A stretch of DNA of 64,000 nt from Candidatus Latescibacterota bacterium (GTDB lineage Bacteria > Latescibacterota > UBA2968). Of the stretch, positions 7,107 through 17,269 are shown in pieces. Position 1 is the first letter of the stretch, and every line of letters starts with the position of its first letter. Both the position numbers and the translations under genes were made by a program. The notes under the pieces are model-generated. The model made no database searches. It was not told the DNA's origin and saw only the letters and a program-made list of their open reading frames with translations. The stretch is taken from NCBI GenBank assembly GCA_965204745.1, contig OZ242010.1, positions 96,001-160,000 on the forward strand, read 5' to 3'.

Positions 7107-9575
7107 TCAATTTCCATAACGGAAACGCACCTCGCGCTCCACGCTCTTGCCGCTGACCAGATCGGTCACGATAATCTCGAGTGCGTTGACCCCGGACTTG
7201 ACCTTGTTGAGCACGATTTCCACGTATTCGCGCTCGTCCGCGTCGCGCCCAGAGAGTTCGTTGGTAATCGCCACTTGGGGTTTGCTCGTTCTGAAAATGG
7301 CGCGCAACCCGGTCGCCACTGCGCCGAACACGCCAACCGAGGGCATGGCACTCGAGCGAATGCGGTATTCGGTTTTGTACCGGGTTTGTCCAAATGCGTC
7401 TTTGGTCAGGTTGTAGATTTCAAAGTACGCATAGACATTTTGCGTTTCGGCATAGCTGCGCGTGGGAATGGGGATGATCCACACGTCTTCTTTTTGAAAT
7501 TTCGCCGCGCCTTCATCTGAGATATTGGAGGCCAGTTGGATTTCGCTGACTTGGAGTTCGGGGATTTGATAGTCTCGGACTTCGAGTTCTTGCCGATAGA
7601 GGCCAGTGCGCCCGGAAATGAGGTCTTTCATCTGCACTTGCAATTCGTATTTGCCGGGGGGCACTTGTGTTTTGACGATTTCCGGGACAAATGCGCCCTG
7701 TTCTGCCGCGACTTGCGCGCCGCGATACAAGAACGCATCGGACGTGCGATAGATGGAGGTGTGGCCTTCATTTGCCAGCGCGACCGCCAGTTGGACGTGG
7801 ATAAAACTCGAATCCGCTTCTTGCTCTATTTCGACCTGTTCGGGCGGAATGCCGTAGTAAATCTCGAGATTGGTTTGCCCATCTGCGCCGCGGAAGTGCG
7901 CCAAGTCGTAGTAAAAATTGAGCACGTCGCCGGGCAGGCCGGGGCGATAAAAGTCAGGGGAAGTCGATACGGCTTGTTGATAGATGACCTCGGGCGTGTG
8001 TTCGGTCATGCGGGCGATGTAGGAAATGGCTTCGGCGTCTTCGACCGTGGCTTCGGGCAACGGAGCAAAATCGTAGCGGCCATTGCCCCATTCGTCGGTA
8101 AATGTGATCTCGATGCCGCCGTTGAGTTGAATATAAGTCCAGGTTTCCCACGGCACCGTGTCGATTTCATTGCCAATGGTGATCGGGGAGTACCGGCCGA
8201 ATTGCAAGCGGGTGTTGAGTTGGCCCGTTTGCTCGTCCAAGACGCCCGCGACGCTGCCATCGCGGTCAAATGGATTGCGCTCGAATCCGAGTCTGAAGCT
8301 CTCATCTATACCGCCTTCGGCCTCGGACGGAAGTTCGGCCACAACTTCACCGGCCCCGGCTTCTTCGGCCACTGTAACGTCATTTTCCATATCATCCGGA
8401 CTGCCAGCTTCGAAGAGCGATCCCATTTCGCGGTTGGCGCGAACGGGAAAGACCGGGCCCGTGAACGTAAAAAAAGCCGCTTCCGGGCCGTAGATGTCCA
8501 CGGCCATCCGCGTTCGCACGCGCTCGACTTCGGCGGTTTGGACGAAGTTGCGATCATTGGAGCGCGAGCGGTAATCGGGCTCGCCATAGCGAATATAAAC
8601 CGTGCCGCGCTGATCCCACGGATAGACATTGGACGAGAAATAGGTGCGCGCATACCATGTGCGCCGATAGTGTTCGATAACGCGCTCGTTGATTTTGGTC
8701 AGAATATCGGGGTCGCGCCGCGCCCAGAATTGCTCGCGGTACGCCTGTTGCTCTGCGCCCGGCGCAGTGGCGCGGTACGCTTCGAGTTCTGCGCCCGAGG
8801 CGACGTACGCGATATTGGTGTAGTGCGCACGTTCACTGCCTTCGCTGTTGGCGAGATAACGCTCGAAGTATTCCAAGGCTTTTTGCGCGTCGTCATTGTA
8901 AAAATGACCCTGTGCGACAATGGGCAAGAGTTGAACCACAGCGGAATGCGTGGAGAGATAGGGCGCGATGTGTTCGAGAATTTTGTCAAAATTTTTCGCT
9001 TGCACGCAGGCCAAGCCAAAGTAGTACAATCCCTCGGGATTGTCGGGTTCGAGTTTCACGTATTTTTCGTAGTACTGCATGGCCTTGTCGTGGTCTTCTT
9101 GAAACCGCTCATAGACCTCGCCGAGCAGGCGATAGGCCGGGCCGTAGTCGGGATCGATTTTGGTGGCGCGCTTGGCTTCGGCAATGGCCCTGCGAAAATT
9201 GTAATAGGATTGCAACCCGCGCGTGGGCGATTCGGCATACGTCAGGCCCAGCCCCACGTAGGCTTCAACGAGTTTTTTGTCGAATTTTTTCGCGGCCCGA
9301 AACGCCTCTTCCGCCGCCTTAAATTCCTTCCGGTTGAGATAGAGATACCCCAGTTGCGAATGCACATGGGCGTCTTCGGGAAAAACTTCCAAAACGCGCT
9401 GAAGACTCGTCATGGCCTCGTTGATCTCCCCGGCATCGATCTGGCGTTGGCTTAGGGCAAACATCGTATTGCGAAAAATTTTGTCTTGTTCAGACGGTTC
9501 ACTTTCTTCGGCAAAAGCCGGCAACGCGACGCAACAAGCCAAGGCGACCCTCCAGAACCGCAATGCAATTTTCAT
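7107..9575 (-). CDS. TPR + GWxTD-domain secreted protein
   Basis: Signal peptide, TPR repeats, FWARRDP...EHYRR...WDQRGTVYIRYGEPD, ETWTY; SD GAGGAG before ATG 9575. Confidence 0.85.
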   Translation of the reverse strand: MKIALRFWRVALACCVALPAFAEESEPSEQDKIFRNTMFALSQRQIDAGEINEAMTSLQRVLEVFPEDAHVHSQLGYLYLNRKEFKAAEEAFRAAKKFDKKLVEAYVGLGLTYAESPTRGLQSYYNFRRAIAEAKRATKIDPDYGPAYRLLGEVYERFQEDHDKAMQYYEKYVKLEPDNPEGLYYFGLACVQAKNFDKILEHIAPYLSTHSAVVQLLPIVAQGHFYNDDAQKALEYFERYLANSEGSERAHYTNIAYVASGAELEAYRATAPGAEQQAYREQFWARRDPDILTKINERVIEHYRRTWYARTYFSSNVYPWDQRGTVYIRYGEPDYRSRSNDRNFVQTAEVERVRTRMAVDIYGPEAAFFTFTGPVFPVRANREMGSLFEAGSPDDMENDVTVAEEAGAGEVVAELPSEAEGGIDESFRLGFERNPFDRDGSVAGVLDEQTGQLNTRLQFGRYSPITIGNEIDTVPWETWTYIQLNGGIEITFTDEWGNGRYDFAPLPEATVEDAEAISYIARMTEHTPEVIYQQAVSTSPDFYRPGLPGDVLNFYYDLAHFRGADGQTNLEIYYGIPPEQVEIEQEADSSFIHVQLAVALANEGHTSIYRTSDAFLYRGAQVAAEQGAFVPEIVKTQVPPGKYELQVQMKDLISGRTGLYRQELEVRDYQIPELQVSEIQLASNISDEGAAKFQKEDVWIIPIPTRSYAETQNVYAYFEIYNLTKDAFGQTRYKTEYRIRSSAMPSVGVFGAVATGLRAIFRTSKPQVAITNELSGRDADEREYVEIVLNKVKSGVNALEIIVTDLVSGKSVEREVRFRYGN

Positions 9576-9777
9576 GACATTCTCCTCATGGGCAAACAGC
9601 AGGAAAAGACCTCTCGGACATCCATCCAATTATATCGTCTCCCGCCCTCTTTGTCAATAAGCTATGATGGTGACGCCCAAATAAAAAGGGAAGTTCCGGT
9701 TTTTGCGGTTCTGGTCTTGACCATAAGAGAGAAAGAGTCTTATGTTGAAGCAGTGGTCAGGTTGCCCCGCACAGCCG

Positions 9778-9850
9778 GTAAGAGGTAAGACGTAAGAGGT
9801 AAGAGGTAAGACGGGAGAGGCAAGAGGTAAGACGGGAGAGGCAAGAGGGG
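9778..9850. repeat. Degenerate heptamer tract (GTAAGAG/GCAAGAG/GGGAGAG)
   Basis: Seen directly; related tracts near 43644-43714, 46554-46588 and 62866-62912. Confidence 0.8.
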
Positions 9851-9957
9851 AGAAGGTAGCGTGCTATCCCTCTCAAGTGGTCAGTAGTCAGTAGTCAGTG
9901 GTCAGTCCCCGCACGACAGCCCCAAAACCCGACGCACTTCGATGACCAGTTATTATA

Positions 9958-10454
9958 GGTTGTGTTGACATTTACGAGCCATGCAACTGAATTGAGCGGT
10001 TTATCGGGAAAATCAAGCCCTATCGCAGGATATGCTCTCGGTTTGAGAAACTGGAACAGTCGCTCCTTCAGCATTCTCGCTTTTGTTGCATCGTATTCAC
10101 TGCCGTTCCGCAGTTCAAAGAAGGCATCCCAACAATGCCATCGCAAAACACCCTCAGATCAAGCCATCACGCACAGCGCGCAAGGCCGTCTCGCAACCAA
10201 CATCCATGTTGCAACCCCCTTTGCAGGCTGGCGCATATTGTGCTGTTACAAAAGCGCTTTGCGCTGTGCAAGCCTCTCGGCGTTTGAGAGCGGCATTTTT
10301 TGCTTACTTTTTTTTGCTGTTGAAAAAAAGTAAGTCGCCGAAGGCATCGGAGGCAACCCACGAGGCTGTAGGACCAAACGCATTAAATCAGCAAGCAACA
10401 CATTTGCTAATCTGTACGTAACGTCAGGTCAAAAAATAAAATGTCAACACGACC
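9958..10454. mobile_element. IS5-family-derived MITE, copy 1, with a nested inner element
   Basis: IRs GGTTGTGTTGACATTT / AAATGTCAACACGACC flanked by TA; remnant ERFIGKIKPYRRICSRFEKL resembles an IS5 transposase C-terminus; inner element 10100-10427. Confidence 0.8.
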
Positions 10455-10568
10455 TAGTTGCCCTCGTTCCGTTGATTCGGGCGAGCACAGGGGTGATGGG
10501 ATTCTTCTATTCGCCGATGAACTGGCCTGAACAACGGCCAGCCGCCGATTCCATTTTGGAGGTGCTAT

Positions 10569-11888
10569 ATGCCGTGTCGATTGTGTTGGGTTGTCGCGTT
10601 TTGGGGGTTGCTTTTTCAAGGGCTTTTCGCCGATGCACGGGCCGAATGGGACCTGGCTGGGCTGATGGGCACGATCACGGTCGGGCAAGAGCAGTGGCAA
10701 CGCCTTGACGTGCAACCCGGCATCCGTCTGGGCGAACTGGAAGTCGTTTTTGATCTGGAGTTTTTTTTAGATACCGAGGGGCGCGTGCGGAACAGCGGAT
10801 GGGATTTTTCGACCCGGCAAAAGGGCATTGAGAGCGCGTTGCGAAAAATTTATTACGTACGCTATGGCCGTCCCAATGATCGCAGTCGGCGGTTGTACTT
10901 GCAGGCGGGCGCGATAGAAGGGGTCACGTTGGGATCTGGGCTGTTGATGCGAAATTACCGCAACACGCACGGCGCGCCGGGTCTCAAACGCATGGGGTTG
11001 GACGTGCAAATTCGCAATTTGTTGGGCGACAAGATGACCGTGCGAACCCTGATTGGCGATGTGGGCGAGGTGTTGGATTTGGAAGACGCCGGGCCCCTCG
11101 TGGGCGGGCGCGTGGAATTTTACCCGCTACCACGCTTGGATGTGGGCGTCACAGCGGTTGTCGATACGGATCAACTGCGCGGCCTGCCCGATTCGATTCG
11201 CGCAAATCACCCGCGCGATGCGTTTGCCACTGCAAGTGTCGATGTGGCCTATCCCTTTATCGACAAGCAACATATCAGAGCAGAGGTCTATGCGGGCATT
11301 GGGCGCGTTTTGGATGGGGAAACCGGCACGGGCATCAGTTTGCCCGGGATGATGTTCGAAGCGGGGCCCTTGCGCTTGCGGGCCGAATACCAATGGACGC
11401 GCGGGCACTTTCAGCACGGGCATTTTGACGCGCTCTACGATGTCAACCGCGCACTCGTCGATCCGAACACGGGCAATATCACCACGCGCGAATCCACTTT
11501 GCAAGATGCGTCCAGGCGCGGGGTCTTTGGCGAGGTGTTCTTGAACATCTACCGCACCTTGTTGGCGAGCGGGTCGTATCAGTATTTGACCGGGGAGGTC
11601 AGCAACGCGCAAATCGTGGAAGGCCGCGTGGGATTCGCGCCCGAATTTTTGACGCGCCTCCACAAGGTCGCTCGCGCCGAGGGGTATTTTGAAAAGCGCG
11701 TGCGAGGCAGCGATTTGGGCAAATTGTTCAATCCCACGCCGGATACGCGCTTTGGGTATCTCGTGGTTTTAGAACCGGTTGCCAATGTGGGGATGGTGTG
11801 GGATGTCGAATTTACATACCGCCCAGATGGCGCAGGCGGGTATGAGCGTCAGCGGACATTGAATATCCAGATCAAAATGGATCTGTGA
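10569..11888 (+). CDS. Hypothetical exported protein, probable outer-membrane beta-barrel
   Basis: 439 aa, signal peptide, alternating amphipathic beta-strands, SD GGAGG. Confidence 0.6.
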   Translation: MPCRLCWVVAFWGLLFQGLFADARAEWDLAGLMGTITVGQEQWQRLDVQPGIRLGELEVVFDLEFFLDTEGRVRNSGWDFSTRQKGIESALRKIYYVRYGRPNDRSRRLYLQAGAIEGVTLGSGLLMRNYRNTHGAPGLKRMGLDVQIRNLLGDKMTVRTLIGDVGEVLDLEDAGPLVGGRVEFYPLPRLDVGVTAVVDTDQLRGLPDSIRANHPRDAFATASVDVAYPFIDKQHIRAEVYAGIGRVLDGETGTGISLPGMMFEAGPLRLRAEYQWTRGHFQHGHFDALYDVNRALVDPNTGNITTRESTLQDASRRGVFGEVFLNIYRTLLASGSYQYLTGEVSNAQIVEGRVGFAPEFLTRLHKVARAEGYFEKRVRGSDLGKLFNPTPDTRFGYLVVLEPVANVGMVWDVEFTYRPDGAGGYERQRTLNIQIKMDL

Positions 11889-11942
11889 CACGCCCCGAAA
11901 CAGTTGCGGTCAAGGTGGTTGAGGTGGTGTTTTGGTTGCAGG

Positions 11943-12911
11943 TCATGTGATCGTCACCCGCGCGACCCGAGGCCGCCGCAATTTCCAGATCATGCCGTCG
12001 TAAATAAAGTGCATGAATGACGTGCCATAAGTGAACACGAGAAATGCCGTGAGGGAAAGCGATTTGAGTCCGAACAACAAACCGCTGACCACGGCGATAA
12101 AGCCCGCGGTGTACGGAACGATGTGCTCGCCCGCCCGCGTCAGAGCAGGCGATGCAAAGGCGTCTCGTCTCGCTTTGTTGCGAACCGTGAGCGCGACCAA
12201 GGCGATGTATTCTGCGGCGTGGCTAAAGCTGGTGGCGATGAACAGCGCGTCTGTGGAGAGGAGGGGGACGATGCCATACATGAAGGCGACCGAGGCCAAA
12301 AAGAGAAGTTTGGGATGGTTGAATTGCGGGCCGCGCCATTCCCAGACCAACCAAGCGATAGTGACGAGGATGGCCGCGGCGTAGATCGCATGCGACGCCA
12401 TGTGGGGAAGCGGCGTGCCCACGAGCGTGTGCAAGTAGTGCATGACCCGACCTTCGACATCGGCCTGAAACGCAAACATATACCCAAAGCCGGCCATGCC
12501 CCACAAGTAGGATGTCCACGCGTCGAGGCGTTTGTTGCCCCATTGCCCCTTGCCGGAATAAATCCGCAAAATGCCGTATTTTTGACGCACGAAGTGGAAA
12601 TAATTAAACAAGTACCAAAAGGCGAACATTTCGGGTTCGTCGATTCGAAAATAATAACACAGGCCGACGAACCCCAAGCACAGCACCGGGGTAATGACGT
12701 AGATCAGGCGACGCCGTGCAAATTCGATGCGGTCGAGATAGACCAAGGGGAAGGTGAAATACCGGTGGGCCACAAAGGACGTCACCGCAATGAGGCGGAA
12801 GGTTTCGCTGTGGTGGGGAAACAGAGAAGGGGCCGCGAACAACGCCAACCATCCGACGGAGATGCAGGACAAATCCACGGATGGGGAAATGATCCAATGA
12901 GATTTTTTCAT
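11943..12911 (-). CDS. Conserved hypothetical multi-pass membrane protein with His motifs
   Basis: Many hydrophobic helices; HFVRQKYG, HAAEY, HFIYDGMIWKLR. Confidence 0.65.
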   Translation of the reverse strand: MKKSHWIISPSVDLSCISVGWLALFAAPSLFPHHSETFRLIAVTSFVAHRYFTFPLVYLDRIEFARRRLIYVITPVLCLGFVGLCYYFRIDEPEMFAFWYLFNYFHFVRQKYGILRIYSGKGQWGNKRLDAWTSYLWGMAGFGYMFAFQADVEGRVMHYLHTLVGTPLPHMASHAIYAAAILVTIAWLVWEWRGPQFNHPKLLFLASVAFMYGIVPLLSTDALFIATSFSHAAEYIALVALTVRNKARRDAFASPALTRAGEHIVPYTAGFIAVVSGLLFGLKSLSLTAFLVFTYGTSFMHFIYDGMIWKLRRPRVARVTIT

Positions 12912-12917
12912 CGCACA

Positions 12918-13892
12918 CTACGCGCGGGTCGCGCCGAGGGTTTGGAGAACGCGCTTGGGAATTTTGCACACAAACGTATAGGCCGGGTCAAACATATTGC
13001 CCATGTCGTATTCCACGGCTTCGCCGAGCAACACATGCACAGTGCGCTCGTCTAGCCCAAAGTCCGTGGTGAGCCAACGGATCATTTCCGTGGTGGCGTG
13101 TTCCACGCACTGATCCAGGGGCCGGGCATTGCCCACGGTGAGGATGTGCGTGTCGTTTTCGCCCCGAGGCCAAGCAATGGTTTTGCCCTTGTGGAGGTGG
13201 ATGGTGAACGTGACGTCAAACGAGATTTCAATGCCCGTGCCCACGATTTCCCCATCGCCTTGCAAGGCGTGCCCATCGCCAATGTGAAAAAGCGCGCCTT
13301 GGGCAAATACCGGCAAATAGACGGTGGTGCCCTGGTTGAAGCGTTTGTAGTCCATGTTGCCGCCGTGCGTGGATGAGGTCGCAGTCGAGATGGCCTGACC
13401 CCGCGGGGGCGCGACCCCAAAGCAACCGGGGTGCGGATTGAGGGGCAAAACCAAGTCTTTTAATGGGCTGCTGGCGGGCGTGCCCTGACCGAGCGAGGTA
13501 TGGTCGCGGTCGCCCGAGACTTCCGCGGGATGTGCGGTGCGGTTTTCAAAGTCGATAGCCCATATCACGCGAGCGATGTCGTCGTCAAATTTGGGCACAT
13601 AGCCCGGGTCGAGCACATTGGGCGCGATGCGCGCCGAGGTGTACCCGTGAGGCCGATTGGGCATCAAATAATCGAATGTCACCGCGATGCTATCCCCGGG
13701 TTGCGCGCCTTCCACGTAAAAAGGGCCGGTCTGCGGATTGCCGCCCTCGGTCACTTGCGCGCCGGTCTCGTCCTTCCCCCCCGCACAAACCGTCGTGGTC
13801 GAAACCGAATCCCCACTCGCTATCGCAAGAACCGGCTCGTGCCACCCAATCGTCGTGTGATAATGCGTGGGGATAAATTCATGATGTGCCAT
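12918..13892 (-). CDS. Acetamidase/formamidase family protein
   Basis: NPQTGPFYVEGAQPGD, HGGNMD, GDGHALQGDGEI. Confidence 0.9.
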   Translation of the reverse strand: MAHHEFIPTHYHTTIGWHEPVLAIASGDSVSTTTVCAGGKDETGAQVTEGGNPQTGPFYVEGAQPGDSIAVTFDYLMPNRPHGYTSARIAPNVLDPGYVPKFDDDIARVIWAIDFENRTAHPAEVSGDRDHTSLGQGTPASSPLKDLVLPLNPHPGCFGVAPPRGQAISTATSSTHGGNMDYKRFNQGTTVYLPVFAQGALFHIGDGHALQGDGEIVGTGIEISFDVTFTIHLHKGKTIAWPRGENDTHILTVGNARPLDQCVEHATTEMIRWLTTDFGLDERTVHVLLGEAVEYDMGNMFDPAYTFVCKIPKRVLQTLGATRA

Positions 13893-13940
13893 ATCTTCTC
13901 CAAAAAATAACGGACTGGCCCCAAGGGAGTGTCGCAGTCG

Positions 13941-14219
13941 CTACGACTGAATCAACTTATCGTATTCGGCGTGTGTTCCAATCCAAAACCAGATCAAACC
14001 CTCCGCAACTTCAACTGCCAGAGTTCGATATTTAATGCCAACTCTCGCCGACCAATACCGATTGACCGTTCCCTGCTTTACGAGGACGTGTTTCAAGTGC
14101 AGAGAAGGGTGTCTCGAATCCCGTTTCAGCAGTTTGAAATTTTCGTCTGCGAGTTCTTGAATCTCACGCGGAAGTTTTTGATAACAATCCTAAAAAGAAG
14201 GGTTCGCAAAATATTTCAT
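13941..14219 (-). pseudogene. ParE/RelE-like toxin with in-frame TAG at codon 10 (not in the ORF track)
   Basis: Hand translation: MKYFANPSF*DCYQKLPREIQELADENFKLLKRDSRHPSLHLK...YWSARVGIKYRTLAVEVAEGLIWFWIGTHAEYDKLIQS*; ATGA-coupled to the upstream gene. Confidence 0.8.
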
Positions 14220-14416
14220 AATTCCTTGCACTTCCCCGCGTGAAAATCGGCGATAGCTTGGTTCGCCAGGTGATCCAGTTTCCCAGATTCGACATCTTCC
14301 TCAAACCGATCATCCCATACTTCTGCATCAAACTCCTCAAACCACGCCCTGAAACGCGCCAATTCATCCGCTGAGAGTTGGGCAACATCTGCTTGAAGTT
14401 CCCGAACCGCTTGCAT
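14216..14416 (-). CDS. Small acidic antitoxin of the ParE-like toxin
   Basis: MQAVRELQADVAQLSADELARFRAWFEEFDAEVWDDRFEEDVESGKLD; SD AGGAG; overlaps the toxin start. Confidence 0.75.
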   Translation of the reverse strand: MQAVRELQADVAQLSADELARFRAWFEEFDAEVWDDRFEEDVESGKLDHLANQAIADFHAGKCKEL

Positions 14417-14457
14417 GGTTGTCTTTCTCCTTGTTGTGATCTGGTTGCTTTGTTCCC

Positions 14458-15369
14458 TCACGCGATCATCCGAATTTTGGCCGGGGCGTGCCACGCGCTT
14501 TCCCAGGAGTTTCCGCGGTCATGGCTGGTGTAAAGGGCTTTATCGACAGCGGCCCAGGCGCGACCGCATGGCGAGAACCCGAGGTGGAAGGTGTCGATGT
14601 TGTGCGAGACCGCGTCGGGAAAGCCCGCGGTGACGTGTTCCCAAGTCCTGCCCGCGTCGTCCGAGCGGTAGAGTTGACCGGCCACGTCTCCGTGTGGCCC
14701 CTTGCTGACCGTCGCCAGCAGGCAGTCTGGATCATCGGGATGCACGGCGATGGCCCGACCGTAAAGATAGGGAAAGCCCTCGGCGCGGTGCGACCATGAC
14801 CTGCCGCGGTCGTCGCTGACATAGACCGCCCGCGCTGTGTTGGCATAGACGCGGTCAGGGGCCTGGGGCGACGTGGCGACTTGGTGGACATCGTCGTGCA
14901 AATCCGGCGTCACGGGTTCCCAGGTTTCCCCCTTGTCTGGCGAGCGCATGATGCTGCCGACGTGAATATCCGCATACACCCAGCCATCGGTTGTTTTGGC
15001 AAAGCTGCGAACATCCGGCGGGCCGCCCCAAGGCGTGTACCACTTGTCGCGCACCGCGAGGCGGTCGAAGGAATCTACGCGCTCGGTCTTGCCATCTTTA
15101 CACGCGTAAACCCGGGAATCGCCCGTGCCGATGAGCAAGTGCAACGGGTCTTCTTCGAGAACGATCAGGCATTCGATATCCCGTTCAATACCCGTGGCAA
15201 CGGTTTGGGCACGCGCTTGCGTGCGAATGTACAAGTCGCCATTTTTCAGGGCGATAACACGCAGGTCCCCGCCCTTCGCAATGGCGGCGACATCGCCTTC
15301 AAAAATTTGCGCGGGCGCGAAATGCCCTTCGGAAAGAGCATGCGCGGTTCGTGATGTGGCAATCAACAT
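14458..15369 (-). CDS. BNR/Asp-box beta-propeller protein (WD40/YVTN/BNR-like)
   Basis: Repeated S.D.G.TW motifs (SPDKGETW, SDDRGRSW, SDDAGRTW, SHDRGNSW). Confidence 0.8.
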   Translation of the reverse strand: MLIATSRTAHALSEGHFAPAQIFEGDVAAIAKGGDLRVIALKNGDLYIRTQARAQTVATGIERDIECLIVLEEDPLHLLIGTGDSRVYACKDGKTERVDSFDRLAVRDKWYTPWGGPPDVRSFAKTTDGWVYADIHVGSIMRSPDKGETWEPVTPDLHDDVHQVATSPQAPDRVYANTARAVYVSDDRGRSWSHRAEGFPYLYGRAIAVHPDDPDCLLATVSKGPHGDVAGQLYRSDDAGRTWEHVTAGFPDAVSHNIDTFHLGFSPCGRAWAAVDKALYTSHDRGNSWESAWHAPAKIRMIA

Positions 15370-15664
15370 AGCGGCCTCCGCGTTGTGGAGATAGATGCAA
15401 AATGATAGACAACCGTGCCAAAATTCACCAGTCCTTATTGCCTCATAATTTTTAGACAACAAAAATATTCTCTGTCGAGAAATTCTCATTATATTTTATA
15501 GGTCAAGCGTTTTTGCAGACCGAATATGTCGGGTGGCCTACCCAATACAAAAGCCAACTCGGTTGATGGGTAACTCCCTGATACCTGGCGAATAAGTAGG
15601 AACATTCTCGCATCTCTCTGCGAAACGTTTGACACCGCCCGACACCCTTAAAAGGGTGATCATA

Positions 15665-16255
15665 ATGTCCAGTTCGCATTTAAGGCTAAGGGAAAACTGG
15701 CAAAGACTCAGTGGACATCGCGCCCTCATAGCTGAACGAGATTTTGCCGGCTTGTTTCGTGAACTTCTGGTAGATACAGATTACATCATTATCTCTAACC
15801 CTAACGACTTTGCCAATATCTATTACGCCTATCCATTGTTAGACAGAGACAAAGAACAGATATACCGTCCTGAAAGAAAGTACCGACACGGATTTGTCCC
15901 TGATTTCTCCATTGCGAACACAATAACAGGTAAGTGCATTTATGTCGAATTGAAAAGACAAGATGGATGGGTTGAAGGCAAACCGAGAAGTGCAGGGAGA
16001 GGCAATGCACATGAAAGATTATGTAAATACTTCACCCCGGGGTTAATGAAAATTTTACGGCAAAAAAGTGGCATACAAAGCATACTTCCATTTTGGGTCG
16101 TGTTCAGAGGAGACATAACGAGAGACCCTTGTCGAGTCAGAGAAATAACTTGCTGGTTCGATGAATACACCAATAACTTCTTTTTTTGGCGCGACCATGA
16201 TCCCAACTTATTAGGGCTACATTTCATCGAGCATATTGCTCCTCATCTCGATTAA
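15665..16255 (+). CDS. Type II restriction endonuclease, MunI family
   Basis: PDF...ELKRQDGWVEGK..SAGRGNAHER.CK.FTPGL and LPFWVVF.GDITRDP.RVREIT, matching MunI motifs as I recall them; AT-richer than flanks. Confidence 0.85.
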   Translation: MSSSHLRLRENWQRLSGHRALIAERDFAGLFRELLVDTDYIIISNPNDFANIYYAYPLLDRDKEQIYRPERKYRHGFVPDFSIANTITGKCIYVELKRQDGWVEGKPRSAGRGNAHERLCKYFTPGLMKILRQKSGIQSILPFWVVFRGDITRDPCRVREITCWFDEYTNNFFFWRDHDPNLLGLHFIEHIAPHLD

Positions 16256-17180
16256 CCACATCGAGCCCACGAGAATCAAGCCCTTCCTTTTTATTTTTGA
16301 ACAACTCTAATTGTCCCTCATCTCGATTGACAACATCGAGCCCCCAAGAATCAAACCCTTCTTTTTTTGTTCTCGCAAACAGCTCTATACGAGATTGATA
16401 GGGAAACATACGTATGATACTTTGTGCAACTTCAACGGGCTTTTCACTGTGATCCTTTCGAGGAATTTCGATCAACTGTTTGACATTTCTCGCACCTCTT
16501 GGCGTAGGTATTCGACCTCGCTTGAACAAAAGGCATAACTCACAATAAGACAGTGTATAGTGTCCAGGATTATGATTCATTTTGTTCCACACAAAAGCGA
16601 CGGTTTTGTATTCAAATCCCCAAGCGATACCCAGTTCAATCGCTTGTGCCAAATGTGGATTCGTAGTCCATAAAAACAACAACGAGTCGTCTTTTGCAAT
16701 TTGTTGTACGGGTAACTTCTTTAACTCATCCGTGGGAACAGTGGGATACTTGAATGACGCAGAACTGATAAAAATTCTTTTTGTCCAATTGTGATTTTTC
16801 TCTGCTGTTCCACTCTTGTCAAATTGTAACTTTCCATTGTAGTACCAAGGCGGGTCAGCGTAGAGAATATCGTATCGCCTATTCGGCAACGGTGGAAACA
16901 GACTGTCCATCCAGTTAATTTGTGTTCTAACTTTCACTTCCTCGTTGTAAACCGAATAGCTCGTTGTAGCGTCAGATACAGACGTACCTGTTGCACAGTC
17001 TCTCAGGTGTTCACGGCCGATTTCAACACTCATTTCCGCGCTCCCTTCTATACTCCCATTCACCATCCTTTTGGGCTGTTTTGCTAAGAATTGCCCATCG
17101 ACATTTTTAGGTCTATCGGGGATTTGCTCAGGCCATCTATTTATACCATTTATAGTGCCAGAATGCGTTTTGTCAAGCAT
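16224..17180 (-). CDS. MT-A70-family N6-adenine DNA methyltransferase (M.MunI-like); true start probably downstream of 17180
   Basis: YDILYADPPW, LFLWTT, AWGFEYKT, HSEKP, RIELFAR; convergent with the REase and overlapping it by 32 bp. Confidence 0.88.
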   Translation of the reverse strand: MLDKTHSGTINGINRWPEQIPDRPKNVDGQFLAKQPKRMVNGSIEGSAEMSVEIGREHLRDCATGTSVSDATTSYSVYNEEVKVRTQINWMDSLFPPLPNRRYDILYADPPWYYNGKLQFDKSGTAEKNHNWTKRIFISSASFKYPTVPTDELKKLPVQQIAKDDSLLFLWTTNPHLAQAIELGIAWGFEYKTVAFVWNKMNHNPGHYTLSYCELCLLFKRGRIPTPRGARNVKQLIEIPRKDHSEKPVEVAQSIIRMFPYQSRIELFARTKKEGFDSWGLDVVNRDEGQLELFKNKKEGLDSRGLDVVNRDEEQYAR

Positions 17181-17269
17181 TTTTTGGCACCCAAGCAGAG
17201 TTGATCGTGCGTTTGCAAGAAGCGAGAATTTTGTATCGCACGGTTTAGCTAATAAAAAAACGATATAAT

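Noticed and set aside
10083-10421. Similar ORFs at 10083-10421 and 46733-47083
   Set aside because: They lie inside the MITE core, lack an SD and any protein motif; the similarity reflects the DNA repeat
13929-14243. Plus-strand 104-aa ORF
   Set aside because: Antisense to the ParE-like toxin pseudogene, which has clear family motifs and translational coupling
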